From contig CAZLTH010000002.1 of NCBI GenBank assembly GCA_964562355.1, positions 1 through 34,879 of the forward strand: a DNA stretch of 34,879 bases. Reading direction: 5' to 3'. Of the stretch, positions 1 through 8,822 are shown piece after piece. The notes below the pieces were generated by a model, which saw nothing but the letters and a program-made list of their open reading frames with translations, did no database searches and was not told where the DNA came from. A program made the position numbers and the translations under genes. How positions within the stretch are numbered: position 1 is the stretch's first letter; each line of letters opens with the position of its first letter. The stretch comes from an uncultured Syntrophomonadaceae bacterium (GTDB taxonomy: Bacteria > Bacillota > Dethiobacteria > PWVN01).

Positions 1-850
1 CTTTACTGGTTCTTATTTTTGACCAGACCTTATTTTTAATCTTATGTTCAACCAAGTCCACTATCTCCAAGCGAACTTTTTCTTTTCTGAAGGCAGCAAA
101 ATCTCCTGATTTTAGAAGGTGATCGTTATGCTGTTGAATCTCTTGCTGCAATCTTTCTATTCCTTCGTTATAAAGAGCTTTGACTGGTAAAACGGAAGGA
201 CGCCAGGAAGAGCAGTCACCTAAATCAAGCATCATGCCAACTTCTGCCATGGTGCGTTCTACCCCTTGCATATCAGCCTTATTAACAACAAATAGGTCAG
301 CTATTTCCATAATACCGGCTTTAATTGTTTGAACACTGTCTCCTCCGGCAGGTGTCAGAACAACTATCGTGGTATCGGCTGTCTTAACAATATCTACCTC
401 CGACTGCCCCACGCCTACTGTTTCTACGATAATTATATCTTTACCTAAAGCATCCAGTACGTTTATAGCTTCCCGGGTAGAAAGTGCCAGCCCTCCCAAA
501 CCACCACGTGTGCTCATACTACGAATAAAAACCTCTTTATCCAATGCATGTTCCTGCATTCTGATACGATCTCCTAAAATTGCACCACCGGTAAACGGGC
601 TAGTCGGATCAACAGCAATAACACCAATTTTTTTATTATTTTTTCTGTAAATTTCAATTAATCTGTCTACCAAAGAACTCTTTCCCGTGCCTGGGGAGCC
701 GGTTACACCAATTATATAAGCCTTGCCAGTATGGGGATAGATTTTGCTCAAAATATGATGTTTTTGAGGGTCATTATTTTCTACCAGAGATATAATCCTG
801 GCAGCAGCTCGTCTATCGCCTTTTAAAAGCCTAGCAATTAAATCCTGCAT
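1..850 (-). CDS. meaB: Methylmalonyl-CoA mutase-associated G3E-family GTPase (MeaB/ArgK); C-terminus runs off the window
   Basis: Absent from the ORF track because it is open at the window edge. My reverse translation from ATG at 850 reads MQDLIARLLKGDRRAAARIISLVEN... It contains the P-loop GVTGSPGTGKSS, VETVGVGQSE and VVNKAD. There are no stops down to position 2. A GGTGGTGGAG RBS lies just upstream. Confidence 0.85.
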   Translation of the reverse strand, partial: MQDLIARLLKGDRRAAARIISLVENNDPQKHHILSKIYPHTGKAYIIGVTGSPGTGKSSLVDRLIEIYRKNNKKIGVIAVDPTSPFTGGAILGDRIRMQEHALDKEVFIRSMSTRGGLGGLALSTREAINVLDALGKDIIIVETVGVGQSEVDIVKTADTTIVVLTPAGGDSVQTIKAGIMEIADLFVVNKADMQGVERTMAEVGMMLDLGDCSSWRPSVLPVKALYNEGIERLQQEIQQHNDHLLKSGDFAAFRKEKVRLEIVDLVEHKIKNKVWSKIRTSK

Positions 851-875
851 TTGCTCCACCACCTTCAAGCTTAAG

Positions 876-1409
876 TTAATATTCAATACCGTGACGTGCT
901 TCTATTCCTTTTTGATAATGATGTTTTATCTCTTTAACTTCACTTACCATGTCCGAAGCTTCCATGATGACCACAGGAGCATTTCTGCCTGTGAGAACTA
1001 GATCAACATGACTAGGGCGATTGTTAATCAAATTAAGTACCTGGGGAGTAGAAATCAAATTATAATCAAGAGCTACATTTATTTCATCTAAAATAACAAG
1101 ATTATACTGACCGCTGTTTATAAAATCTGCTACCTTCTGAAAAGCTTCTTGTGCTATTTTCACATCTATCTCGACAGGGTTCTTTTTGTCCACAAAAACA
1201 CTTCTCCCGGTCATAATAATTTCAAAGCTAGGCAGATGTTCTGCTGCTTTTAGTTCTCCATAAGTTTTGCCTTTCATAAATTGCATCATCATCACCCGGG
1301 CACCATGTCCAATAGCTCTTAATGCCAGCCCCAGAGCCGCTGTGGTTTTTCCCTTGCCGTTTCCGGTATAAACCATGACCAAACCTTTTTTATCCTCTAT
1401 CTTGACCAC
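876..1409 (-). CDS. cobO: Cob(I)yrinic acid a,c-diamide / cob(I)alamin adenosyltransferase, CobA/CobO/BtuR type
   Basis: 177 aa with the YTGNGKGKTTAALG P-loop typical of CobA-type ATP:corrinoid adenosyltransferases. The start is uncertain: GTG at 1409 abuts the GAAGGAG RBS, so TTG 1382 or ATG 1376 are alternatives. Confidence 0.85.
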   Translation of the reverse strand: MVKIEDKKGLVMVYTGNGKGKTTAALGLALRAIGHGARVMMMQFMKGKTYGELKAAEHLPSFEIIMTGRSVFVDKKNPVEIDVKIAQEAFQKVADFINSGQYNLVILDEINVALDYNLISTPQVLNLINNRPSHVDLVLTGRNAPVVIMEASDMVSEVKEIKHHYQKGIEARHGIEY

Positions 1410-1439
1410 CTCCTTCTAACTTCACACCTCTTGTTTTTA

Positions 1440-1537
1440 GGTTCACGGTTCGCATTTTATGAGTTCACGGCTCCCTAGTTGGTTACCTTATCTTCAAACC
1501 GTCCACCCTGCATCAATCCAACCTTGAACCGTGAACC
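1440..1537. repeat. Perfect 12-bp inverted repeat GGTTCACGGTTC (1440-1451) / GAACCGTGAACC (1526-1537), with further GGTTCA/TGAACC hexamers out to about 1552
   Basis: Read directly from the 150-nt spacer between the acyl-CoA dehydrogenase stop (1560) and the cobO start. CCTTGAACC occurs twice (1522-1530 and 1544-1552). Confidence 0.8.
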
Positions 1538-1559
1538 CCGGAACCTTGAACCCGGATAG

Positions 1560-2705
1560 TTACCTTCCTTCCAAAACAAGGCGAGAAATTACCAGACGCT
1601 GCACTTCGTTAGTTCCTTCATAGATTTGTGTAATTTTAGCATCACGCATCATTCTTTCTACTGGATATTCTCTGGAATAACCGTAGCCTCCTAAAACTTG
1701 CACGGCATTAGTTGTTACTTCCATAGCTGCATCCGAAGCAAAGAGCTTGGCCATGGCGGAAGCTTTGCTGTAGGGGAGCCCTTCACTTTCTAGGTAAGCA
1801 GCTTGATAAGTAAGTAGGCGAGCCGCCTCAATCTTGGTAGCCATATCAGCCAACATAAAAGAAATAGCCTGAAACTGGCTGATAGAGCGACCAAACTGCT
1901 TCCGCTCCTTGGCATAATCTCGCGCCACTTCAAAAGCCCCCTGGGCAATACCTACTGCCTGTGCCGCAATACCATTCCGACCTCCATCTAAGGTTTGCAT
2001 GGCAATCTTGAAACCTTCTCCTTCTTTCCCCAAGAGATTTTCTTTCGGCACAGGGCAGTCTTCAAAAATCAACTCATAGGTATAAGAAGCTCTGATGCCA
2101 AGTTTTTTCTCTTTCTTGCCGAAAGTAAAGCCAGGTGTATCCTTATCCACGATAAAGGCACTTAGCCCCCGGCTACCTTTGCTTTTATCTGTTACGGCAA
2201 AAACAACATAGGTTTCTGCTGAGCCAGCATTAGTAATAAAAATCTTGGTGCCGTTTAAAATATATTTATCACCTTTAAGCTCTGCTTTAGTTATGAGGCT
2301 ACCGGCATCAGTACCGGCGGAAGGCTCTGTCAAGCCGTAGGCACCCATGGTTTCCCCCAGGGCAAGGGGTTTTAAATATTTTTGCTTCTGTTCTTCGTTA
2401 CCAAATTTAAAAATTGGCCAACTACATAAAGAAACATGGGCAGAGAGGGTTACCCCGGTAGAAGCACAAGCGCGAGAAAGTTCTTCTACTGCGATAACAT
2501 AGCTCAGATAATCACTACCTGCACCACCATACTCTTCTGGCCATGGAACCCCTGTTAATTCCAGAGAAGCCATTTTCTGAAAAATTTTCCGGGGTAATTC
2601 TTCGGCTTCATCCCATTCCGCCGCATATGGTTCTACTTCATTGGTTGCAAAATCTCTGACAAGCTTTCGCAACATTTCATGTTCCGGAGAAAGAGTAAAA
2701 TTCAT
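1560..2705 (-). CDS. Acyl-CoA dehydrogenase (short/branched-chain, butyryl-CoA dehydrogenase-like)
   Basis: 381 aa, full-length ACAD architecture. The C-terminal YEGTNEVQR motif carries the catalytic Glu. RBS AAGGAGGG is upstream. Confidence 0.9.
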   Translation of the reverse strand: MNFTLSPEHEMLRKLVRDFATNEVEPYAAEWDEAEELPRKIFQKMASLELTGVPWPEEYGGAGSDYLSYVIAVEELSRACASTGVTLSAHVSLCSWPIFKFGNEEQKQKYLKPLALGETMGAYGLTEPSAGTDAGSLITKAELKGDKYILNGTKIFITNAGSAETYVVFAVTDKSKGSRGLSAFIVDKDTPGFTFGKKEKKLGIRASYTYELIFEDCPVPKENLLGKEGEGFKIAMQTLDGGRNGIAAQAVGIAQGAFEVARDYAKERKQFGRSISQFQAISFMLADMATKIEAARLLTYQAAYLESEGLPYSKASAMAKLFASDAAMEVTTNAVQVLGGYGYSREYPVERMMRDAKITQIYEGTNEVQRLVISRLVLEGR

Positions 2706-2784
2706 TTAAAGCCCTCCTTATTTATTGCATTTTTCATAACTACTCAGGTGTATTGAGCTGTTTCTCAAATTCTCTCAAAGTTGT

Positions 2785-2971
2785 CTAAGCTGTTGTAGCA
2801 AATACCGGAGTGAGCATTGATTTTACTAATAAAAAGGAGCGGAAAATCTTGAGGATAGTAGTGCAATCTGTTTGACCGAGAGAAGCGAGGGAGTTATTGC
2901 ACTACCCGAAAGATTTGAGCACCGATACACTTATAAAATCTAGCGAACGAGGTATTGCTGCAGCAGCTTAG
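2785..2971. repeat. Imperfect hairpin of about 187 nt with three helical segments, in the spacer between the two ACAD genes
   Basis: Outer arm CTAAGCTGTTGTAGCAAATACC (2785-2806) pairs with GGTATTGCTGCAGCAGCTTAG (2951-2971). The middle segment has the core GATTTTA/TAAAATC. The inner segment pairs AAATCTT...TAGTGCAAT (2845-2868) with ATTGCACTA...AAGATTT (2896-2916). The loop is 2869-2895. Confidence 0.75.
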
Positions 2972-2990
2972 CTGAGCAGTTACATTGTTT

Positions 2991-4130
2991 TTAACTTAAA
3001 ATATGTTTGCCAATAACCAAACGCTGAATTTGATTTGTGCCTTCATATATCTGGGTTACTTTAGCCTCGCGCATGAAACGCTCCACGGGATATTCACGAG
3101 AATAGCCGTAACCCCCGAGAACTTGTACCGCCTCTGTAGTTACTTGCATAGCTGTATCTGTTGCCAATACTTTCGCCATGGAAGCTTCTTTACCGCATGG
3201 TTTTCCTCGCTCCTTTAAATCTGCTGCTTGATACAACAGGAGACGGGCAGCTTCTATGCCAGTAGCCATATCTGCCAGTTTAAAGGATATAGCTTGGAAT
3301 TGGCTGATAGGACGCCCAAATTGCTCTCGTGTTTTGGCATACTCTACAGCAGTTTCAAAGGCAGCCTGGGCTATACCCAGAGCCTGGGCTGCAATACCAA
3401 TTCTACCCCCGTCCAGAAGAGACATAGCGATACTGAAACCCTGTCCCTCTTCCCCCAGTCTGTTCTGTAATGGAACACAGCAATCATCAAAAGTCAGTTC
3501 TGTTGTCGAAGAAGCGTGAAGCCCCATCTTCTTTTCTTTAGCTCCGATAATAAGTCCGGGAGTATCTTTATCTACGACAAAAGCAGTAATACCAGCGGCT
3601 CCTTTTTTTCTATCTATGGTTGCAAAAACTATATAGATGTCGGCTTCACCACCACTAGTGATAAAGATTTTGCTGCCGTTTAAAAGGTATTCTTCTCCCT
3701 TCAAGGTAGCTGTGGTTTGTAAAGAAGCGGCATCAGAGCCGGCATCTGACTCTGTCAGAGCATAGGCGCCTAAAAATTCTCCTGTAGCCAGTTTGGTTAT
3801 ATATCTTTCTTTTTGCTCTGGCGTACCAAAGTTTAACAAGGCAAAGGTGCCCAGCGAGGTGTGTACTGCCAAAATAACCCCGGTAGAAGCACAGGCACGA
3901 GAAAATTCTTCTATAGCCAGAATATAGGTGAGAAAATCAGCTCCTCCCCCATCCCATTCTTCAGGCACAGGAATGCCCATAAAACCCTGCTGTGCCATCC
4001 TTTTGAGGTTTTCTGTGGGAAACTTCCCTTCTTCGTCCAAACTGGCAGCTTGCGGTTTTATTTCATTTTCTGCAAACTCCCGAAATAGCTTGCGCATCAT
4101 TTTTTGGTCTTCTCGTAAAATAAAATCCAC
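2991..4130 (-). CDS. Acyl-CoA dehydrogenase (second paralogue)
   Basis: 379 aa, colinear with the 1560-2705 product (same motifs, YEGTNQIQR). Confidence 0.9.
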   Translation of the reverse strand: MDFILREDQKMMRKLFREFAENEIKPQAASLDEEGKFPTENLKRMAQQGFMGIPVPEEWDGGGADFLTYILAIEEFSRACASTGVILAVHTSLGTFALLNFGTPEQKERYITKLATGEFLGAYALTESDAGSDAASLQTTATLKGEEYLLNGSKIFITSGGEADIYIVFATIDRKKGAAGITAFVVDKDTPGLIIGAKEKKMGLHASSTTELTFDDCCVPLQNRLGEEGQGFSIAMSLLDGGRIGIAAQALGIAQAAFETAVEYAKTREQFGRPISQFQAISFKLADMATGIEAARLLLYQAADLKERGKPCGKEASMAKVLATDTAMQVTTEAVQVLGGYGYSREYPVERFMREAKVTQIYEGTNQIQRLVIGKHILS

Positions 4131-4157
4131 TGTTTCCCCTCCTTCTCCCTGTAAGAA

Positions 4158-5009
4158 TCAGGAATAATTATAAAAACCTTTGCCTGTTTTCCTGCCCAAC
4201 CAGCCCGCTTTAACGTATTTTCTTAACAAAGGACACGGTCGGTACTTGGAATCACCCAGACCATCATGCAAAACTTCCATAACAGAAAGGCATGTATCCA
4301 GTCCAATCAAATCAGCCAGAGCCAGTGGCCCCATAGGATGATTCATGCCTAATTTCATGACATTATCAATAGCTTCTACTTCCGCAACACCTTCCATTAA
4401 ACAGTATACGGCTTCATTAATCATGGGTATTAAAATCCGATTAGATACAAATCCTGGGTAATCATTAACTTCTACGGGTACTTTTTTAATTTTCTCAGTT
4501 AATTCTTTTACAATATTGAAGGTAGTATCAGCAGTAGCTATTCCCCTGATAATTTCTACCAGTTTCATAACTGGTACAGGATTCATGAAATGCATACCGA
4601 TAACTTTTTCCGGGCTATTGGTATAGGCAGCAATTTCTGTAATCGGCAGCGAGGAAGTGTTACTGGCCAAAATGGCGTGTTTCGGCAAAGCAGTGTCAGC
4701 CCACTGGAAAATCTCCTTTTTTAAGGACATATTTTCAATAACTGCTTCAATCATAATATCAGCATCAGCGGCATCATCCAGTTGCACTGTGCCCTGAACA
4801 AGGGAGAGAACTTTGTCTTTTTCCTCCTCTGTCATACGTTCTTTTTTTACATTGCGCTGCAAGTTTTTGGCGATGTAGCTCATCCCTTTGGCTACGAATT
4901 CTTCCTTTATATCTCTCATAACTACTTTAAGTCCTGCCTGGGCACAAACCTGGGCAATACCGCTTCCCATTTGCCCGGCTCCTACAACTAAAACTTTGTC
5001 GATCTTCAT
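4158..5009 (-). CDS. hbd: 3-hydroxybutyryl-CoA (3-hydroxyacyl-CoA) dehydrogenase, NAD(P)-dependent
   Basis: 283 aa with the N-terminal Rossmann motif [12 protein letters not shown]. The NTSS, HFMNP and GFVSNR motifs are typical of Hbd/FadB C-terminal-type enzymes. Confidence 0.92.
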   Translation of the reverse strand: MKIDKVLVVGAGQMGSGIAQVCAQAGLKVVMRDIKEEFVAKGMSYIAKNLQRNVKKERMTEEEKDKVLSLVQGTVQLDDAADADIMIEAVIENMSLKKEIFQWADTALPKHAILASNTSSLPITEIAAYTNSPEKVIGMHFMNPVPVMKLVEIIRGIATADTTFNIVKELTEKIKKVPVEVNDYPGFVSNRILIPMINEAVYCLMEGVAEVEAIDNVMKLGMNHPMGPLALADLIGLDTCLSVMEVLHDGLGDSKYRPCPLLRKYVKAGWLGRKTGKGFYNYS

Positions 5010-5045
5010 AAAACAATCTCCCTCCTTAAAAATTTTTATTCCAAT

Positions 5046-6233
5046 CTAAAATTCCGGCAATTTCACAAGGGTAGCTTCTCCTTGAGCTGCCCCACTGCAG
5101 ATAGTGGCCAGTCCGTAGTTGGCTTGTCTCAGGTTCATTTCTTCTACAAGAGTTAATAAAATTCTACCGCCACTGGCCCCGATAGGATGTCCTAATGCTA
5201 TAGCCCCACCATTTACATTAACTATATCCTCTGGCCATTTTTCTAGTTTAATGCTGGTAAGGGCAACAGCAGCAAAAGCTTCATTAACTTCAATAAGATC
5301 TAGATCTGAACTTTTCATCCCTGCTTTTTGCAGCGCCTTTTTCCCGGCTAAGGCCGGAACAGTAGCAATATAGGGAGGAGAAGCTGAAGCCCAGCCCTGA
5401 CTTACTATCTCGGCTAGGGGTTTAATCCCTGCCGCCAGTGCTTTTTCTTTATCCATTAAAACAAGTGCTGTGGCCCCATCACTTATGGGTGGAGCATTTC
5501 CAGCGGTAATGGTAGCATCCTTCTGAAAAGCCGGTTTTAAAGCAGCCAAGCGTTCTAAAGTTGTGTCTGGACGAGGCAGTTCGTCTTCTCCAAAAATTAA
5601 CGGTTCACCTTTGCGACGCGGCACTTTTACGGGAACAATTTCTGGGGAAAATCTGCCGGACTCCCGGGCCTTGACTGCCAGTTGCTGGCTTCTATAAGCC
5701 CATTTATCTTGTTCTTCTCTACCAATACCGAACTCCGCTGCTACTACGCCGCCATGAACACCCATATGAACATCGTAAAAAGGACACCACAAGCCATCAT
5801 GAACCATAGCATCTAAAACCCGACCATCACCCATGCGCATTCCTTCCCTAGCAGCAGGCAGCATATAAGGTGCCATGCTCATATTTTCCATACCACCAAC
5901 CACCACCACCCCGGCTTCTCCTGCACGAATCAAAACATCGGCCAAATTTACCGCCCTGAGACTGGAAGCACAAACCTTGTTGATGGTGTCAGAGGAAACC
6001 TCCACCGGTAGTCCTGCCTTTATACTCACCTGACGAGAAGGTATTTGACCTACTCCCGCCTGCACAACCATGCCAAAAAAGAGATATTCTACCTGATCAT
6101 TTTTGATTCCAGCCCTTTTTAGTGCTTCTTTAACTACAAGTGCCCCCAGATCCACAGCAGAAACATTTTTCAAGCTTCCCAGGAAACGACCGAAGGGCGT
6201 GCGTGCATAACCTACGATAACAGAAGAACGCAT
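5046..6233 (-). CDS. Acetyl-CoA C-acetyltransferase / 3-ketoacyl-CoA thiolase
   Basis: 395 aa. It has the nucleophile Cys in NKVCASS, GHPIGASGGRIL, and the C-terminal Cys in ATICSGAAQG. Confidence 0.9.
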   Translation of the reverse strand: MRSSVIVGYARTPFGRFLGSLKNVSAVDLGALVVKEALKRAGIKNDQVEYLFFGMVVQAGVGQIPSRQVSIKAGLPVEVSSDTINKVCASSLRAVNLADVLIRAGEAGVVVVGGMENMSMAPYMLPAAREGMRMGDGRVLDAMVHDGLWCPFYDVHMGVHGGVVAAEFGIGREEQDKWAYRSQQLAVKARESGRFSPEIVPVKVPRRKGEPLIFGEDELPRPDTTLERLAALKPAFQKDATITAGNAPPISDGATALVLMDKEKALAAGIKPLAEIVSQGWASASPPYIATVPALAGKKALQKAGMKSSDLDLIEVNEAFAAVALTSIKLEKWPEDIVNVNGGAIALGHPIGASGGRILLTLVEEMNLRQANYGLATICSGAAQGEATLVKLPEF

Positions 6234-6265
6234 TTTTTCACCTCCATGTTTTTATTTATTACAGT

Positions 6266-7807
6266 TTACAAAGGAATATTGCCATGTTTTTTCCTTGGTC
6301 TGTCATCTTGTTTTAGTTCCAACATCGCTAAATGTTTAATTAAATGCTGTCTGGTCTCTGTCGGATCGATGACCTCATCAACCCAGCCTCTTGCTGCTGC
6401 AATGTACGGACTGGCATATTTTTCCTTATACTGCCCTATTTTTTCTTTTCTTGTTTCGGCAGCATTTTTGGCCTTTTCAAGTTCTTTGCGATAAATAATA
6501 TTAACAGCCCCTTCCGGACCCATAACAGCAATTTCTGCTGTAGGCCAGGCCAAGGCAATATCACCTCGCAAGCAGTTAGCGCCCATAGCTATATAAGAAC
6601 CACCATAAGCTTTCCTGAGAATTACACTTATTTTTGGTACGGTAGCTTCTGAGTAGGCATAAAGAACTTTTGCCCCATGCCTGATAATACCGCCATACTC
6701 CTGCGTTACTCCTGGCAAATAACCGGGGACATCCACGAAAGTAATTAAGGGCAGACTGAAAGCATCACAGAAGCGTACAAACCTGGCGATTTTATCTGAA
6801 CTGTCAATATCCAAGCAACCAGCTAAAACCATAGGCTGGTTAGCTATAATTCCTACACTGCGTCCTTCTAGGCGAGCAAACCCAACTACTGCATTTTGAG
6901 CAAACTCGCAATGTACTTCCAAGAATTCACTGCCATCTACTACTCTGTTTATTACTTCTCGCACGTCATATGATTTATTTGCATTTTCCGGTAGCAATGT
7001 TGTCAAATCAGCAGGATTCAATTCTGGCAGGTGTGTTTCTTTTCCTGGAACCATATCCAGGTTATTGGAGGGTAGATAGCTTAAAAGCTTACGCACACTT
7101 TTAAAACACTCTTCCTCTGATTCTGTTTTAAAATGAGCTACGCCACTGGTTTTATTATGCGTTACTGCCCCTCCAAGGGCTTCAGCACTGATTTTTTCTC
7201 CTGTAACTGCCTTGATAACCTGGGGACCTGTAATAAACATCTGACTTATGCCAGTAACCATAAAAACAAAATCAGTGATCGCAGGCGAATACACAGCACC
7301 CCCGGCTGAGGGACCTAATATTATAGAAAGTTGTGGTATTACCCCGGAAGCTATAGTATTGCGATAAAAAATATCCCCATAACCGTTAAGGGCATAAACT
7401 CCTTCCTGAATTCTTGCACCACCGGAGTCCCCTATGCCCAACATAGGAGCACCGTTTTGCAAAGCTAAATCCATAATCTTGCATATTTTAGCAGCATGCA
7501 TCTCCCCTAGGGAGCCTCCCGCTACTGTAAAGTCCTGTGAAAAAACAAATACCTTTCTGCCTTCTATAGTACCGTAGCCCGTGATAACTCCTTCGCTAGG
7601 ATTTTTTATTTTCGCCTTGGCATCTTCTAATCCTGTTTGTACAAAGGTACTTACTTCTACAAAACTACCTGCATCCAAAAGCATTTCCAGACGCTCCCTA
7701 GCTGTTCTTTTCCCCTTCTTATGCTGTTGTTCTATTCGTTTGACACCACCACCCTGGAAAGTCTTTTCTCTTCTTTTGTTAAGTTCCTTAAGCTTATCCT
7801 GCATCAA
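6266..7807 (-). CDS. Acyl-CoA carboxyltransferase subunit: methylmalonyl-CoA carboxyltransferase 12S / propionyl-CoA carboxylase beta / methylmalonyl-CoA decarboxylase alpha family
   Basis: 513 aa, two crotonase-fold halves. The N-terminus (KELNKRREKTFQGGGVKRIEQQHKKGKRTARERLEMLLD) is typical of PccB/MmdA. Confidence 0.88.
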   Translation of the reverse strand: MMQDKLKELNKRREKTFQGGGVKRIEQQHKKGKRTARERLEMLLDAGSFVEVSTFVQTGLEDAKAKIKNPSEGVITGYGTIEGRKVFVFSQDFTVAGGSLGEMHAAKICKIMDLALQNGAPMLGIGDSGGARIQEGVYALNGYGDIFYRNTIASGVIPQLSIILGPSAGGAVYSPAITDFVFMVTGISQMFITGPQVIKAVTGEKISAEALGGAVTHNKTSGVAHFKTESEEECFKSVRKLLSYLPSNNLDMVPGKETHLPELNPADLTTLLPENANKSYDVREVINRVVDGSEFLEVHCEFAQNAVVGFARLEGRSVGIIANQPMVLAGCLDIDSSDKIARFVRFCDAFSLPLITFVDVPGYLPGVTQEYGGIIRHGAKVLYAYSEATVPKISVILRKAYGGSYIAMGANCLRGDIALAWPTAEIAVMGPEGAVNIIYRKELEKAKNAAETRKEKIGQYKEKYASPYIAAARGWVDEVIDPTETRQHLIKHLAMLELKQDDRPRKKHGNIPL

Positions 7808-7819
7808 AACACCTCCGTT

Positions 7820-8218
7820 TTATTTTTCACACAACTCAATTAAAGTACCATGACTTTCTTTTGGATGTATAAAAGCTATCTTCGCTCCTCCTGCTCCGTG
7901 CCTGGGTTTCTCATCAATCAGACGAACCCCTTTCTCTTTGAGTGCTGCCAGCTCTTCCTCGATATTATCTACTCGTATGGCAATATGGTGCACGCCCTGT
8001 CCCCGGGCAGCAATAAATTTAGCAATTGCCCCTCCCGGCTCTGTAGTTTCCAGTAACTCCAGCTTGCTTTCTCCCAAGGGCAAAAAAGCAACTTTAACCT
8101 TCTGCGCCGCTACCTCTTCAACACCTGTTACTTTCAGCCCTAAAACATCTTCATAAAACTGGCGACATTCCGCAATACTGTTTACAGCAATACCGATATG
8201 GTCAATTTTTTCAAGCAT
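7820..8218 (-). CDS. mce: Methylmalonyl-CoA epimerase (VOC/glyoxalase fold)
   Basis: 132 aa. IDHIGIAV...GVHHIAIRV...FIHPK metal-ligand pattern. It lies between the mutase and the carboxyltransferase. Confidence 0.88.
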   Translation of the reverse strand: MLEKIDHIGIAVNSIAECRQFYEDVLGLKVTGVEEVAAQKVKVAFLPLGESKLELLETTEPGGAIAKFIAARGQGVHHIAIRVDNIEEELAALKEKGVRLIDEKPRHGAGGAKIAFIHPKESHGTLIELCEK

Positions 8219-8334
8219 AAAAACCTCTCCCTTCTGAGTAAGTCAGTGGTCAGTCAGCCCATTCGACTGCGCTCAGGGCAGGCTCTGCGGCTGTCAGTGA
8301 GTCAGTAAGGAGGAGGCACCACGGGGTTGGTCAC

Positions 8335-8418
8335 TACTGACCTACTGATTTACTGACCTACTGTCTCACTCGTCACCTACTTAGTTACTTAGTCACTTAG
8401 TTACTTAGTCACTTATTC
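8335..8418. repeat. Tandem octamer array: TACTGAYY x4 (degenerating), then ACTTAGTY x5 (8379-8418), running into the stop codon of the upstream gene
   Basis: Read directly. Units are 8335-8342 TACTGACC, 8343-8350 TACTGATT, 8351-8358 TACTGACC, 8359-8366 TACTGTCT, then ACTTAGTT/ACTTAGTC alternating from 8379. Complementary GTCAGT-type octamers occur at 8241-8257 and 8293-8308. Confidence 0.85.
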
Positions 8419-8809
8419 ACTCCGTTACACTCTTAGCTATAAAATCAATAATTTCCTGCACAGAAGAGCCCGGCGTAAATATTTCTGCTATACCAGCTTG
8501 TTTCAGATAAGGAATATCTTCCCGAGGGATGACTCCTCCTCCGATAACCAAAATATCACCTGCCCCCTGTTTTTTAAGAATCTCTACTATGGGAGGGAAA
8601 AGATGCATGTGTGCTCCAGAAAGAATGCTTATTCCTATCACCTGTACGTCTTCCTGAATAGCTGCTTCTGCTATTTTTTCTGGGGTCTGTCTAAGTCCAG
8701 TATAAATTACTTCCATACCGGCATCCCGTAAGGCCTGAGCAATTACCTTAGCACCCCTGTCATGCCCATCCAGTCCTACTTTAGCTATCAATACCCTGAT
8801 AACAGACAT
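8417..8809 (-). CDS. Methylmalonyl-CoA mutase, B12-binding small subunit/domain
   Basis: 130 aa with the DxHxxG cobalamin-binding signature ([10 protein letters not shown]) and a flavodoxin-like fold pattern. Confidence 0.9.
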   Translation of the reverse strand: MSVIRVLIAKVGLDGHDRGAKVIAQALRDAGMEVIYTGLRQTPEKIAEAAIQEDVQVIGISILSGAHMHLFPPIVEILKKQGAGDILVIGGGVIPREDIPYLKQAGIAEIFTPGSSVQEIIDFIAKSVTE

Positions 8810-8822
8810 TTTTCAACCTCCC

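Noticed and set aside
369-650. 93-aa plus-strand ORF in the track
   Set aside because: It lies antisense to a clearly recognisable MeaB coding frame (P-loop, VETVGVGQSE, NKAD). Its Ser/Pro/Thr/Ile-rich product has no RBS. This is a shadow ORF.
3003-4167. Five plus-strand ORFs of 71-87 aa inside the second ACAD gene. Similar antisense ORFs occur in hbd, thiolase, the carboxyltransferase, mce, mutase, sucC/D, trkH (26287-26682) and trkA (26826-27224).
   Set aside because: All are antisense to strongly supported genes and lack an RBS and motifs. They are typical shadow ORFs.
8335-8418. Octamer tandem array considered as a CRISPR or minisatellite coding repeat
   Set aside because: The units are 8 nt with no spacers, far too short for CRISPR. 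The array lies after the stop codon and contains stops in every frame, so it is non-coding.
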